Below are positions 40,854 through 50,613 of a DNA stretch of 64,000 bases, one piece after another. The first letter of the stretch is position 1, and each line of letters begins with the position of its first letter. The notes beneath the pieces are model-generated. The model saw nothing but the letters and a program-made list of their open reading frames with translations. It was not told the origin of the DNA and made no database searches. The translations under genes and the position numbers were made by a program. The DNA is from an uncultured Chloroflexia bacterium (GTDB lineage: Bacteria > Chloroflexota > Anaerolineae > CG2-30-64-16): contig CAWEMM010000006.1 of the NCBI GenBank assembly GCA_963810095.1, positions 1,280,001 through 1,344,000 on the forward strand. Reading direction: 5' to 3'.

Positions 40854-41543
40854 TCAGTTCGGCAGTAGCGTGCCGCTGAAGCCGAATTGCGCGCCCTCTG
40901 GCCACTCCTTGCTGCCCGTCATCCAGGTCAGCAGCGCATTCTCGCGGTTCAGCAGCGCCATCTCCCGTCGCAGCATCTGTGTAACAGACGCCGAGCCGAG
41001 CAGTTCCTGCTTCTCCTTATTGTCGATCTGCATGGTCACGGCCGCCAAATATCCGATTTGTTCTGCGCCCGTGGGGATCTCCTCGATCTGAATCTGCAGC
41101 CCAGCCGCCTCGGCGATCAACTCCACGTAACGCTCCACCCGGTCGCGAACGACCTGCGCCCGCGCCAGCACCTGCTCCGGATCGTCCGGGTCGGCCATGG
41201 GCAGCGTCAGCACCTGGCCGCGCAAATAGGGTTGGTCGCGCAGCAGCCGTCGGATGCGGAACCGCTCGACCCCCACCGTCACGATGTTCATCGTGCCGTT
41301 GCCCAGATGCGTGCTCTCGATGATACGCGCGACCGTGCCGACGGTATACGGCTCGGCCTCGTCGCCCGCTTCCTGCCCGCGCTTGATGAGGACCACGCCA
41401 AACGGCAAGTCCTGCGCCAGGCAGTGCCGGATCATCAGGCGGTAGCGCTCTTCGAAAATATGCAGGGGCAGCACCTGCCCGGGAAACAGCACGGTATTGA
41501 GCGGGAAGAGCGGCATCTCGACCGCTTCGATCATCTCGTCCAT
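40854..41543 (-). CDS. Lon N-terminal (substrate-binding) domain protein
   Basis: PLFPLNTVLFPG..LPLHIFEERYRLM; no ATPase or protease domain. Confidence 0.9.
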   Translation of the reverse strand: MDEMIEAVEMPLFPLNTVLFPGQVLPLHIFEERYRLMIRHCLAQDLPFGVVLIKRGQEAGDEAEPYTVGTVARIIESTHLGNGTMNIVTVGVERFRIRRLLRDQPYLRGQVLTLPMADPDDPEQVLARAQVVRDRVERYVELIAEAAGLQIQIEEIPTGAEQIGYLAAVTMQIDNKEKQELLGSASVTQMLRREMALLNRENALLTWMTGSKEWPEGAQFGFSGTLLPN

Positions 41544-41622
41544 GGTTTTCGTCCTCGTGCAAAGGAACGGGCGGACCCATAAAACGGTTCCAAATCAGCC
41601 GCCCATCGAGGCCACTATATAA

Positions 41623-41662
41623 CAAAAACGGGAAGCAGCCCAACACGCGCTGCTCCCCGTTG
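41623..41662 (-). terminator. Intrinsic terminator after the CRP gene
   Basis: aacggggagcagc...gctgcttcccgtt followed by a T-run on the minus strand. Confidence 0.7.
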
Positions 41663-41684
41663 CGACATCTGAGTTGGTAGGGCC

Positions 41685-42350
41685 CTAGTCCAGGGCGCCG
41701 GCCGCCAGCCGGAGGCCGGGCAAGTCACGGAGCTCGATCTTGCGATACCCGAGCTCGACCAGCCCTTCATCTTTAAAGCTGCGCAGAATGGCGCTGATGG
41801 TTTCGCGATAGGTACCCAGCATATCGGCCAGGGCCTGGTGGCTGGTGCCGCGAATCGCCTTCCCCCCGTTGGCCAGCTCGAGCAGCAGGCCGGCCAGTCG
41901 CTCCGGCAGCCGCTTGTAGGCCACTTCTTCCATGCGATTCTCGACCTGCGCCAACCGCTGGCCGACCGTCTGCAACAGCCCCCAGCTCAGCACGGGGTAG
42001 CGCAGCGCCAGCGTCTGCGCCTGGGGCTGGGGCACGGCCCACAGGATACAATCGGTCAGGGCCACGGCACGCACGCACGGATCGACCGCGCCGAGTAGTG
42101 CACCCTCGCCGAACATCGATCCGGGACCGAGGGTCGCGATCGCCAGCCGGCGGCCGTTGGGTCCCTCGCGGATCAACTGTACCCGACCCTTCATCAAAGT
42201 GTAAAGGTTCTTTCCCAATTGCTCGGGATCTGCGACGTGCTGTCCCGCACGAAACGACTGCGCGCTGATTGCTTGCTTGAACTCTGGGTCGTCCTCACGA
42301 AGCTCGATCAGTATCTCCGGCAATGACCTCTGCTTCCCACGATGAACCAT
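41685..42350 (-). CDS. CRP/FNR-family transcriptional regulator
   Basis: LGPGSMFGE cNMP-fold; SHQALADMLGTYRETIS HTH; RBS ggaaggaagg. Confidence 0.92.
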   Translation of the reverse strand: MVHRGKQRSLPEILIELREDDPEFKQAISAQSFRAGQHVADPEQLGKNLYTLMKGRVQLIREGPNGRRLAIATLGPGSMFGEGALLGAVDPCVRAVALTDCILWAVPQPQAQTLALRYPVLSWGLLQTVGQRLAQVENRMEEVAYKRLPERLAGLLLELANGGKAIRGTSHQALADMLGTYRETISAILRSFKDEGLVELGYRKIELRDLPGLRLAAGALD

Positions 42351-42412
42351 GTGTAACCTTCCTTCCTTCCTCTGCCTACAACTCAATACGTTTACCCATA
42401 CAACTGTAAGAA

Positions 42413-42452
42413 ACTATACTACAGAAGATCGCCCACGTCAACGGTTTGTCGA
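42413..42452 (-). promoter_or_regulatory. Sigma70 promoter of the CRP gene with a CarH-like 11-bp repeat over -35
   Basis: TCGACA-AACCG-TTGACG-N17-TATAGT on the minus strand. Confidence 0.7.
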
Positions 42453-42474
42453 ACTCTTAATGTAACCTTAAGCC

Positions 42475-43486
42475 TTACCCGCCATAATCCTCTCGTTCGC
42501 GGCGGATGCGGAGGATCTGGCTGCCTTCTGCAGTGGGGGCCCCGGATATCAACGCCACGATGTGGTTAACGCCGCTGCGGGCATTTTCGCCCAGGAATAT
42601 GCCCGGCACCTGGGTTCGCAGCTCGGGCTGGACGTTGAAGATCCGCCCGCCAAAGGCAAATAGCGGCCTCGGAGCCGGCATGGCCTGAACCGCCCGGGCC
42701 ATGTCCACCAGTCCCGGGAGCGTGTTAGCAGTCGTGGCAGCCATCACGATCATGGCTGGCCGCAAGCGCTCCATCTCTTCGACAAACTGTTCCACCGGGA
42801 CGTTTTGGCCCAAGTAGATCGTGTTAACATTACGGCGGCGCAGCATCAAATGGATCAGCAACAGCCCTAATTCGTGCCAATCCCCCGGTCCGCAGCCCAG
42901 CACGACGAGCGGTCCGCTGTGCGCCTGGGGCGCTGCGTTAATGATCGCGTCCAGCTTGCGCCGAAGATAGTTGCTGGCAAAGTGCTCCGCGGCGGTCGTC
43001 ATCCGGCCTTCGTGCCACAGGTCTCCCACCTGCATCATCGCCGGGGTCAGAACCTGCTCGGCCGTGCTCTCGAGCCCGTAAATTGCAAACGCTTCCTCCA
43101 GCGCTTGGTCCGCAGCCGCTTCATCGTACCGGATTAGCGCGTCGAGCAGGTGCTCCCGCGCCTCCCGGGGTCCGCCGGACTCGCTGCTGCGCCGCTCGCT
43201 CGGACCGCTGTCTGCGGGCCGCCGGTGGGCGAACAGGTTGATCGCCTGGCTGATGCTCATGCCCTCGTCGACACGAGCCCGCAACCACCGCAAGGTAGCG
43301 ATGTCGCTGGCCGAATACAGGCGATATCCACTGTCGGTGCGGCCCGGCGACGAGCGCGCCATAACGCCGCTCCCAAGCGCGGAGCGTGGCTGCAGAGATC
43401 CCGGTCGCCTCGACGACTGCCTTCATGTTGTAGATTGGTTCGTTATCCATCTCGTGATACGGCTCAAGTGCTGAAGATTGGCCCAT
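42475..43486 (-). CDS. carH: CarH/LitR-type MerR regulator with cobalamin-binding domain, copy 1 (frameshift near 43355)
   Basis: [18 protein letters not shown]-x9-EH ([12 protein letters not shown]), DWHELG, YLGQNVP and FGG. Confidence 0.85.
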
Positions 43487-43529
43487 TTTTGCCACCACCC
43501 CCCAAGGACGACCGATTTTGCTAACTCGC

Positions 43530-43585
43530 TTTACAATGTATTTACACTATAGCAGACATTATAAAGTTTGTCAATAGTTTGTTTA
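43530..43585 (-). promoter_or_regulatory. Sigma70 promoter of carH copy 1 with CarH-like 11-bp repeats
   Basis: TAAACA-AACTA-TTGACA-N17-TATAGT with extended TG on the minus strand; also TTTACA-ATGTA-TTTACA on the plus strand at 43530-43546. Confidence 0.75.
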
Positions 43586-43623
43586 ATCTATAGACAGAAG
43601 ACAACTGGGGGCCGAGCGAACAA

Positions 43624-43660
43624 CAAGGGGCCGTGATTCCGGTGGAATCACGGCCCCTTG
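43624..43660 (-). terminator. Perfect 17-bp hairpin after carH copy 2
   Basis: caaggggccgtgattcc-ggt-ggaatcacggccccttg. Confidence 0.75.
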
Positions 43661-43690
43661 GCCCGCTCATGGGGCTTGCCCTGATGATTC

Positions 43691-44654
43691 TCAGTTGAGT
43701 CCGTTCACCAGGTCACGTGCAGTAAAGGCAATCTCGGCGCCTTCGAAGCGTTCGGCCAGCTCGGGGTGTGCGGTGAAGGCCCGGCCGCCGAATACCAGGT
43801 GCGGCTTGGGCTCGGGCAAGTCGCGGACGAGCCCGATAAACCTCTTCCAGCGCGTCCACGCTTTCGCGGGTCGCCGCCGACAGGCACAACATGTCCGGCT
43901 TCAGCTTGCGCACTTCGCGGCAGCAGGTGCTCGGCCGGCACATTTTGACCCAGGTAAATGACGCGCCAGCCGTGGCGCCGCAGGCTCAACGAAACGAGGA
44001 GGATGCCCACGTCATGCCATTCATGCGGACCCGATCCTGTGATGGCGAGCGGGCCCGTGAGCGGCTGTGGGTAGGCATGGAAGAGCGCAGTCAGCCGGCG
44101 CCGCAGGAATGCGGTGGCGAAGTGTTCCTGCACGATGCTGGCCTCGCCGCGGTGCCAGCGGTCGCCAATTTCGACCAGCGTCGGGGTGATGATCTCCTCC
44201 GCGACCACGTCGACGGGGTAGAGCGCAAAGGCTTCGCCCAGCACCGCTTCGGCATGCGGCTCCTGAAACAGGATCAGCGTTTCCACCAGCTCTTCGACGA
44301 TCGTCTCCGTGCCGCGCACGTTCTCGGACGGCCCGACCTGCTGCGCCGCACGCTCGAAGTCCAGCTCGGGCTCTTCTCCGGCACGGTGGCGGATCTCCAG
44401 CAGGGCCACGGCCCGGCTGATCGACACGCCCGCATCGACCTGGTTCTTGAGCCAGCGCAAGCGTGGCGATGTCGCGCTCGGAGTAGAGGCGGTAGCCGCC
44501 ATCGCTGCGCCCGGGCGAAAGCACGCCATACCGTCGCTCCCAGCGCGCGCAGCGTTGCGGGCGCGATTCCGGTTTCCTGCACGACTGTCTTGATCGTGTA
44601 GACCGGGGTATCGTCGTACCCGTTCAAGCGAGGTTCTTCAGCCATAGCGCTCAT
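43691..44654 (-). CDS. carH: CarH/LitR-type MerR regulator with cobalamin-binding domain, copy 2 (several frameshifts)
   Basis: YTIKTVVQETGIAPATLRA, GGYRLYSERDI, W-x9-EH (WHRGEASIVQEH), EWHDVG and YLGQNVP. Confidence 0.8.
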
Positions 44655-44689
44655 CCAATCACATAACCCGCGCCCTCTGCCCGAGAGGG

Positions 44690-45473
44690 CTAGGCGAGGG
44701 TGGCTGACTCCAACCCGGCAACGATCTGTTCTGCAGCGGCCACGAGCGTCGGCGCACCGTCAAACACGGCCAGCCCGTGCTGGTCCGCCGCCAGCGCCTC
44801 GGCCGTGAAAGGCAGCGCGCCCAGCAAGGGCACGCCTCCCGAGTGGCTCCGCACGAACTCCTCGTCCTGAACGCTGCGCACCTTGTTCGCGACCAGGAAG
44901 ATGCGCGGCACCCCAATCTCGGACGCGAGGTAGCGGATCTGCTCGGCCGTGCCCAGGCTGCGCAGACCCGGCTCGACCACGATCACGAACGCGTCGACCG
45001 AGCCGGCGGTGCCCCGCCCGAGGTGCTCGATGCCGGCCTCCATGTCCAGGATCAGCGTCTGGTCCTTCTGGAGGAGCAAGTGCGTCACGAGCGCCTTCAA
45101 CAGCGCATTCTCAGGGCACAGGCAGCCCGCACCGCCGGTGCGAACGGTGCCCAAACGCAGCAGCCGCACACCCCGGTGGGTGATGCTCAAGTTCTCCGGG
45201 ATATCGTCGACCTTCGGATTGAGCTTGAACCAGCCGCCCACGGTGCCCGGCTGCGCGCCGGTCCGCTCATAGATCAGGTCGTCCATTTCGGCGATCGGCT
45301 TGAGCCCGGCGTCCATTTCGGCAGACAGCCCGAAGGCGAGGCCCAGGTTCCCAGCCGGGTCGGCGTCGATGGCGATGACGTTCTGACCAGTTGCGCGTGT
45401 ACACGTATGAAAGCAGCGCAGTGAGCGTGGTCTTGCCCACGCCCCCCTTGCCCGTGACTGCAATCTTTGGCAT
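44690..45473 (-). CDS. cooC: CooC/AcsF-type nickel-insertion ATPase (frameshifts near 45400)
   Basis: MPKIAVTGKGGVGKTT, IDADP, GAGCLCPE and DMEAGIEHLGRGT. Confidence 0.85.
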
Positions 45474-45671
45474 GTTAGTTTCCTATTCCATAGATAATAA
45501 AGGTGAGTTGCTGCAAAACCGCCGTATTGTACAACGCGCGTCCAATGTTGCCAATTTACAGGGCCGAAAAGCTCGCGCTTATATGAACAAAGATAGCACA
45601 GGCCCGCGACTTCAACAGGCAGCGATCATACATTCGCGCCGCCGCTGCCGGGCCAGCCGGGAAGCGCTAGG

Positions 45672-45709
45672 AGAACATATCTTATACAAACACTGGACAT
45701 CCTCTTACA
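45672..45709. promoter_or_regulatory. Candidate CarH operator (11-bp-phased nnnACA repeats)
   Basis: AGAACA(45672)-TATACA(45683)-TGGACA(45694)-CTTACA(45704). Confidence 0.5.
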
Positions 45710-45746
45710 GATGCGCTGCTCGCCTGCCTGCTTAATGTCTGTGGCG

Positions 45747-45862
45747 GCGCGAAGACGCGAAGCACGGTGAAGACGCGACGAACGAAGGCCACAGCCGAGG
45801 GGCGCGCCCTTCGCACAGTCCGCGCTTCGTGATCTTCGTCCACCTTCACGCCTTCGCGTTCC
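45747..45862. repeat. Family B-related palindrome (CGCGAAGACGCGAAG...CTTCACGCCTTCGCG)
   Basis: Imperfect inverted repeat built from 8-nt ACGCGAAG-like units. Confidence 0.55.
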
Positions 45863-46033
45863 AAACGTCTCGAACCGCGTGCCGCGGCCGGCTTGCTCTG
45901 GGGGCGGTAGAACGAGTAGAATCACTGTGGCGCTCGTTCACGCTCGACCTCGCCGTAGGACTGCAGGCAGAGGCAGGGCGAGTGTGATGGGCCCGCCCCG
46001 GCTTCGCCTGCGCTTGACTCAAGGAAGGTTCAT

Positions 46034-48861
46034 TTGACTACGATCCTGCCCACCGCCCCGACCGCACCTGTCACGCCTGCCGAGGACGACTGGCACTTTC
46101 AGAGCGCGGCCGAGACTGCCGCCAGGCTGCAGACCGACCCGGCCGCGGGCTTGAGCGCCGCCGAGGCGGCCGCACGCCTTGCACGCTACGGGCCGAACGA
46201 GCTGATCGAGCGCGGCGGCAAGCGGCCCTGGCAGATCCTGCTGGCGCAGTTCACCAGCAAGCTCGTGCTCATCCTCATCGTCGCCGCCGTGGTCTCGGCC
46301 GTCGTCGGCGACTTCAAGGATGCCATCGCCATCCTCGCCATCGTCGATCCTGAACGCCGTGCTCGGCTTCGTCCAGGAGTACCGGGCCGAACAGGCCATG
46401 GCCGCGCTTCGAAAACTGGCCGTGCCGAACGTGCGCGTGCGCCGCGTCGGCCAGGTCATGGATATCTCCGCGCGCGACCTCGTGCCCGGCGACATCGTGC
46501 TGGTCGAGGCAGGCAACCTGCTCCCGGCCGATGGCCGCCTCGTCGAAGCGGCCAACTTGCGCATCCAGGAAGCGATGCTGACCGGCGAGTCAGAGCCCGT
46601 CGAGAAGATCACGGCAGCGCTGCCCGCTTCGTCGGCTGCGGCCGCGCTGGGCGACCGGCGCAACATGGCCTTCATGGGCACCACCGTCACGTACGGCCGC
46701 GGGGCCCTCGCGATGACCTCGACCGGCATGGGCACCGAGCTGGGCCACGTCGCCGAAATGCTGCAGGAAGTGGACGGCGGCCAGACGCCGCTGCAACGCC
46801 GCCTCGACCAGCTCGGCCGCGCGCTGGCGATTGCCGCGGGCGCGATGGTCGTCATCGTGTTCGGCATGGGCCTGCTCATCGGCGAGGACTGGCGGCTGAT
46901 GCTCATGACCGCGATCAGCATGGCCGTCGCCGTCGTGCCCGAGGGGCTGCCCGCGGTGGTCACGATCGCACTGGCGCTCGGCGCGCAGCGCATGCTCAAG
47001 CGCCAGGCGCTCATCCGCAAGCTGCCTGCGGTCGAGACGCTTGGCTCGGTGACCGTCATCTGCTCGGACAAGACCGGCACGCTGACCGAGAACCGGATGA
47101 CCGTCACCATCCTCGACCTGGCCGGCCACCGGCTCGACCTCACCGAGGAGATCCGCCATCGCGAGCCGGTCGTCGTGACCGCCGACCCGAGCGCCGACAT
47201 CGTGCGCACGCCAGCCTTCGCTCGCGCTGCTGCTGATGGGCGGCGCGCTGGCAACGACGCCGCGCTCCAGCCCGTCCGGCCAGCGAGGGCCAGTTCCACG
47301 CCGTCGGCGACCCGACCGAAGGCGCGATGGTCGTCGCCGCGGCCCGTTTCGGCCTGTGGAAAGACCGGCTGAAGCCGCCTACCCCCGCGTCGCCGAGCTG
47401 CCCTTCGACTCGGACCGCAAGCGCATGACGACGGTGCACCGGTGACCGATTGCGACGCATGGATCGGCGACTGTGCGACCTCGGCGACAGCAGCCACGTC
47501 GTGTTCGCCAAGGGCGCCGTCGACAGCCTGCTGGAGGTTGCGACCGGCGTGTGGGATGACGGGCGCAACGCGGCCGCTCGACGCGGCGTGGCGGGAACGC
47601 GTCGCCGCTGCCAACGAGGAACTGGCGAGCAAGGGCATGCGCGTGCTCGGCGTCGCTTTCCGACCCGGCGAACCCGGCGACCTGACGCGGCGAAGACGCT
47701 TCGCCCGACCTCGAGCGCAACCTGACCCTCGTCGGCCTGGTCGGCATGATCGATCCGCCGCGTGCCGAGGTCAAGGAGGCGGTGCGTCACGTGCCGGGCG
47801 GCCGGCATCCGGCCCGTGATGATCACGGGCGACCATCCGCTGACCGCCCGGCAGATCGCGCACGAGCTCGGCATCAGCGCGAACGGGCGGATCCTGACCG
47901 GGCAGGAACTGGCGCCGCATGTCCGTGCAGGACCTGGAAGGCGTGGTCGAGGACGTCTCGGTCTACGCCCGGGTGTCGCCCGAGCACAAGCTGAACATCG
48001 TGCAGGCGCTGCAGAACCGCGGCCACGTCGTCGCGATGACCGGCGACGGCGTCAACGACGCGCCGGCGCTCAAGCGGGCCGACATCGGCGTCGCGATGGG
48101 CATCACCGGCACGGACGTCTCGAAAGAAGCGTCCGAGATGGTGCTGCTGAACGACAACTTCACGACCATCGTCGCGGCGGTCGAAGAAGGCCGCGCCATC
48201 TACGACAACATCCGCAAGTTCATCCGCTTCTCGCTGGCGGGCAACCTGGGCAAGGTGTTCGTGGTGCTGGCCGGGCCGCTGCTGGGCATGCCGCTGCCGT
48301 TCGCGCCCTTCCAAATCCTGTGGATGAACCTCGTGACCGACGGCGTGCTCGGCCTGGGCATGAGCGTGGAGCCGGCCGAGCGCGGCGCCATGAAACGCCC
48401 GCCGCATCCGCCCGCCGAAGGCGTCTTCGCCCGGGGCCTGGGCCTGCAGATCACCTGGATGGGCCTCCTGATCGGCCTGGTCACGCTGGGCGTCGGCTTC
48501 TGGGCCTGGAGCACCGGGCAGGCCGCCTGGCAGACGATGATCCTCACCACCGTGATCTTCGCGCAGGTCGTGCAGGCCCACGTGGGCCGTTCGAGCCAGC
48601 GAATCGGTCTTCCGGATGAATCCGCTCTCGAACAGGCCGCTGCTGCTGGCCAGCCTGGCGATCGTCGCGCTGCAGCTCGTCGTCGTGATCTACGTCGAGC
48701 CACTGCACAGGCTCTTCGAGACCGTGCCGCTGACCGCGCAGCAGCTGGGCGTGACGGTCCTGGCGTCGCTGGTCATCCTCGTCGCCGGCGAGATCGAAAA
48801 GGCTCATTCGGCGGCGCGGCCGGTCGGGTTGAAGGAGGAAGAAGATGGAACAGACGCTTGA
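46034..48861 (+). CDS. P-type IIA (Ca2+-type) cation-transporting ATPase (multiple frameshifts)
   Basis: [59 protein letters not shown] and [10 protein letters not shown]. Confidence 0.9.
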
Positions 48862-49373
48862 ACGTCAGCAAGCCCCGGACGAGCAGTGACCGTCGACATG
48901 CGCACCCGGCGCAACCCCATGCACCAGGTGCTGGAAAGCGGGCGCTACCTCATCCTGATCGGCGTCCTCGTCAGCCTGGTCGCTTCGGCCGCCGCCTTCG
49001 TCTGGGGCGCGTACAAGACCGTGCTGCTCGTGGTGAAGATGGTCGCGGACCTCAAGGCCAAGGCCGTCGCGAACCGGCTTGATCGCGCTGATGGACAAGT
49101 TCCTGATCGCCGCCGGGCCTCTACATCTTTGCCGTCGGCATGTACGAGCTATTCATCGGCGACCTCGATGCTGCCGCCCTGGTTGGTGATGCACAACCTA
49201 CACCAGATCAAGAGGCCGCCTGAGCAGCATCGTGATCCTGCTGCTCGCGATGGTGTTTCTCGAGCATGTCATCGAGTGGCGGGACGCGCAGGCAGTGCTG
49301 CAGACGGGAATCGGCATTTGCCGTCATGATCGCAGCCCTGATCGGATTCAATCTGTTCGGCGAAAAGGATTGA
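48845..49373 (+). CDS. YqhA/UPF0114-family membrane protein (frameshifted)
   Basis: RBS gaaggagg; RYLILIGV, MDKFLIA, GMYELFIG and PWL..H.L..IK across frames. Confidence 0.7.
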
Positions 49374-49391
49374 TCCGGCCGGGCCGCCGCA

Positions 49392-50501
49392 TCAATCGTC
49401 GCGCACACCCTCTTCCACGTAACGCACCAGCTCGCTCACGCTCAGGTTTGTAATGCCCAGCTTGTCGAGCGTGCGGCCCGCGTCGCCAGTAGTCGGTGCG
49501 GTGCACGATGCAAGCCAGCCCGATGATCGCATCCATCCCGCGCACAGAGACCCCGTAACGCTGTCCCAACGCCGCAATCGGCACCAGGCTCATCGGGACG
49601 TCCTCGAAGATATAGCGATGGTTGAGCGTGGGTGGCGCCTGGATGCCGTAGTACCCCGGCTGGTTGTGGATCGCTTCGTTCAGGTTTTCCCCCGTCGCGT
49701 CGTACGCCATCTGCAGCCACTCCAGCGCAGTCTGGGCCCGGATGCCCAGCGCGGCCGCCACCGTGACGCGCTCGCGGTCGAGCACATCCAACACGTGTGA
49801 AACCGAAGGCGTGACCCCGTCGATGTAGAACTGAAAGTTGCCGTGCGTCGCCTCGATCCAGCCCGCGTTCAGCAGGGTCAGGGCCGGGTGGAAAATCGCG
49901 CCCATGTTGTCGAGGCTGGTCTTCAGCACGTTGCCCCCGTCGATGAACTGCGGATATGCCGGGCACAGGAGGTCGATGACCTGCCCGTGCGTTTCGCCGG
50001 CAAGGCGGCCAGGGGCACCGCCTCCTTGATGCGGAAGATGCGTGCCTGCGCCGGCCCGTCCGAACGGCTGGCATAGATGAACGTGCCTGCCTCGGCGATC
50101 GTCACGTCGGCCCGGCACCCCTGGTCGCGGAGCACCTTGGCGAACTCGATCGCGCCGCACGTGCGGCCCGGGTTGAGAATCAGCGTCTGGCCGTCCCGCA
50201 GGTGGGGGGCACAGCCGGCGGCCACCTCCCGGTGCGCGGACGAAGGCGTCACCACCATGATCACCTCGGCGCGTGACAGGGCTTCGCCGTAGTTCGAGGT
50301 AATGCCGGCAAGCCGGCCGAAGCCGGATGGACCCCCGTCCCCACATTCGAGGTCCAGCCCTCCGCGCTTGATGATCGGCGCGACCCGTTCCGGCGTGCGG
50401 TTGAACAGCATGGTGGGGAATCCCATCAGTGAGAGATGCGCCGCCATGGCCTTGCCGCCATGCCCGGCGCCGATCACCGTGTAACGCGTTTGTGTCTGCA
50501 T
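49392..50501 (-). CDS. NAD/NADP-dependent octopine/nopaline (opine) dehydrogenase family protein (frameshifts near 50000 and 49480)
   Basis: IGAGHGG Rossmann motif, LNPGRTCGA, DNMGAIFHP, FYIDGVTP, DRER and HRYIFEDVP. Confidence 0.9.
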
Positions 50502-50532
50502 CTATCTGTCCTCCTACCCGGAGACATCGCCG

Positions 50533-50601
50533 ACCACAGAGACGCCAGGACACGGGGTGGGTGGAGGCGTCTCAATCCGGGCGTCATTGTGTCTTTGTGT
50601 T
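50533..50601. repeat. Family B repeat between the B12 enzyme and opine dehydrogenase genes
   Basis: accacagagacgccaggac...gtcattgtgtctttgtgtt. Confidence 0.6.
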
Positions 50602-50613
50602 GGAATCCATCGG

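Noticed and set aside
47443-48888. Other TGA codons (ATPase ~47443, yqhA ~48887) as selenocysteine
   Set aside because: They fall at frameshift points rather than Cys-equivalent positions, and these families are not known selenoproteins.
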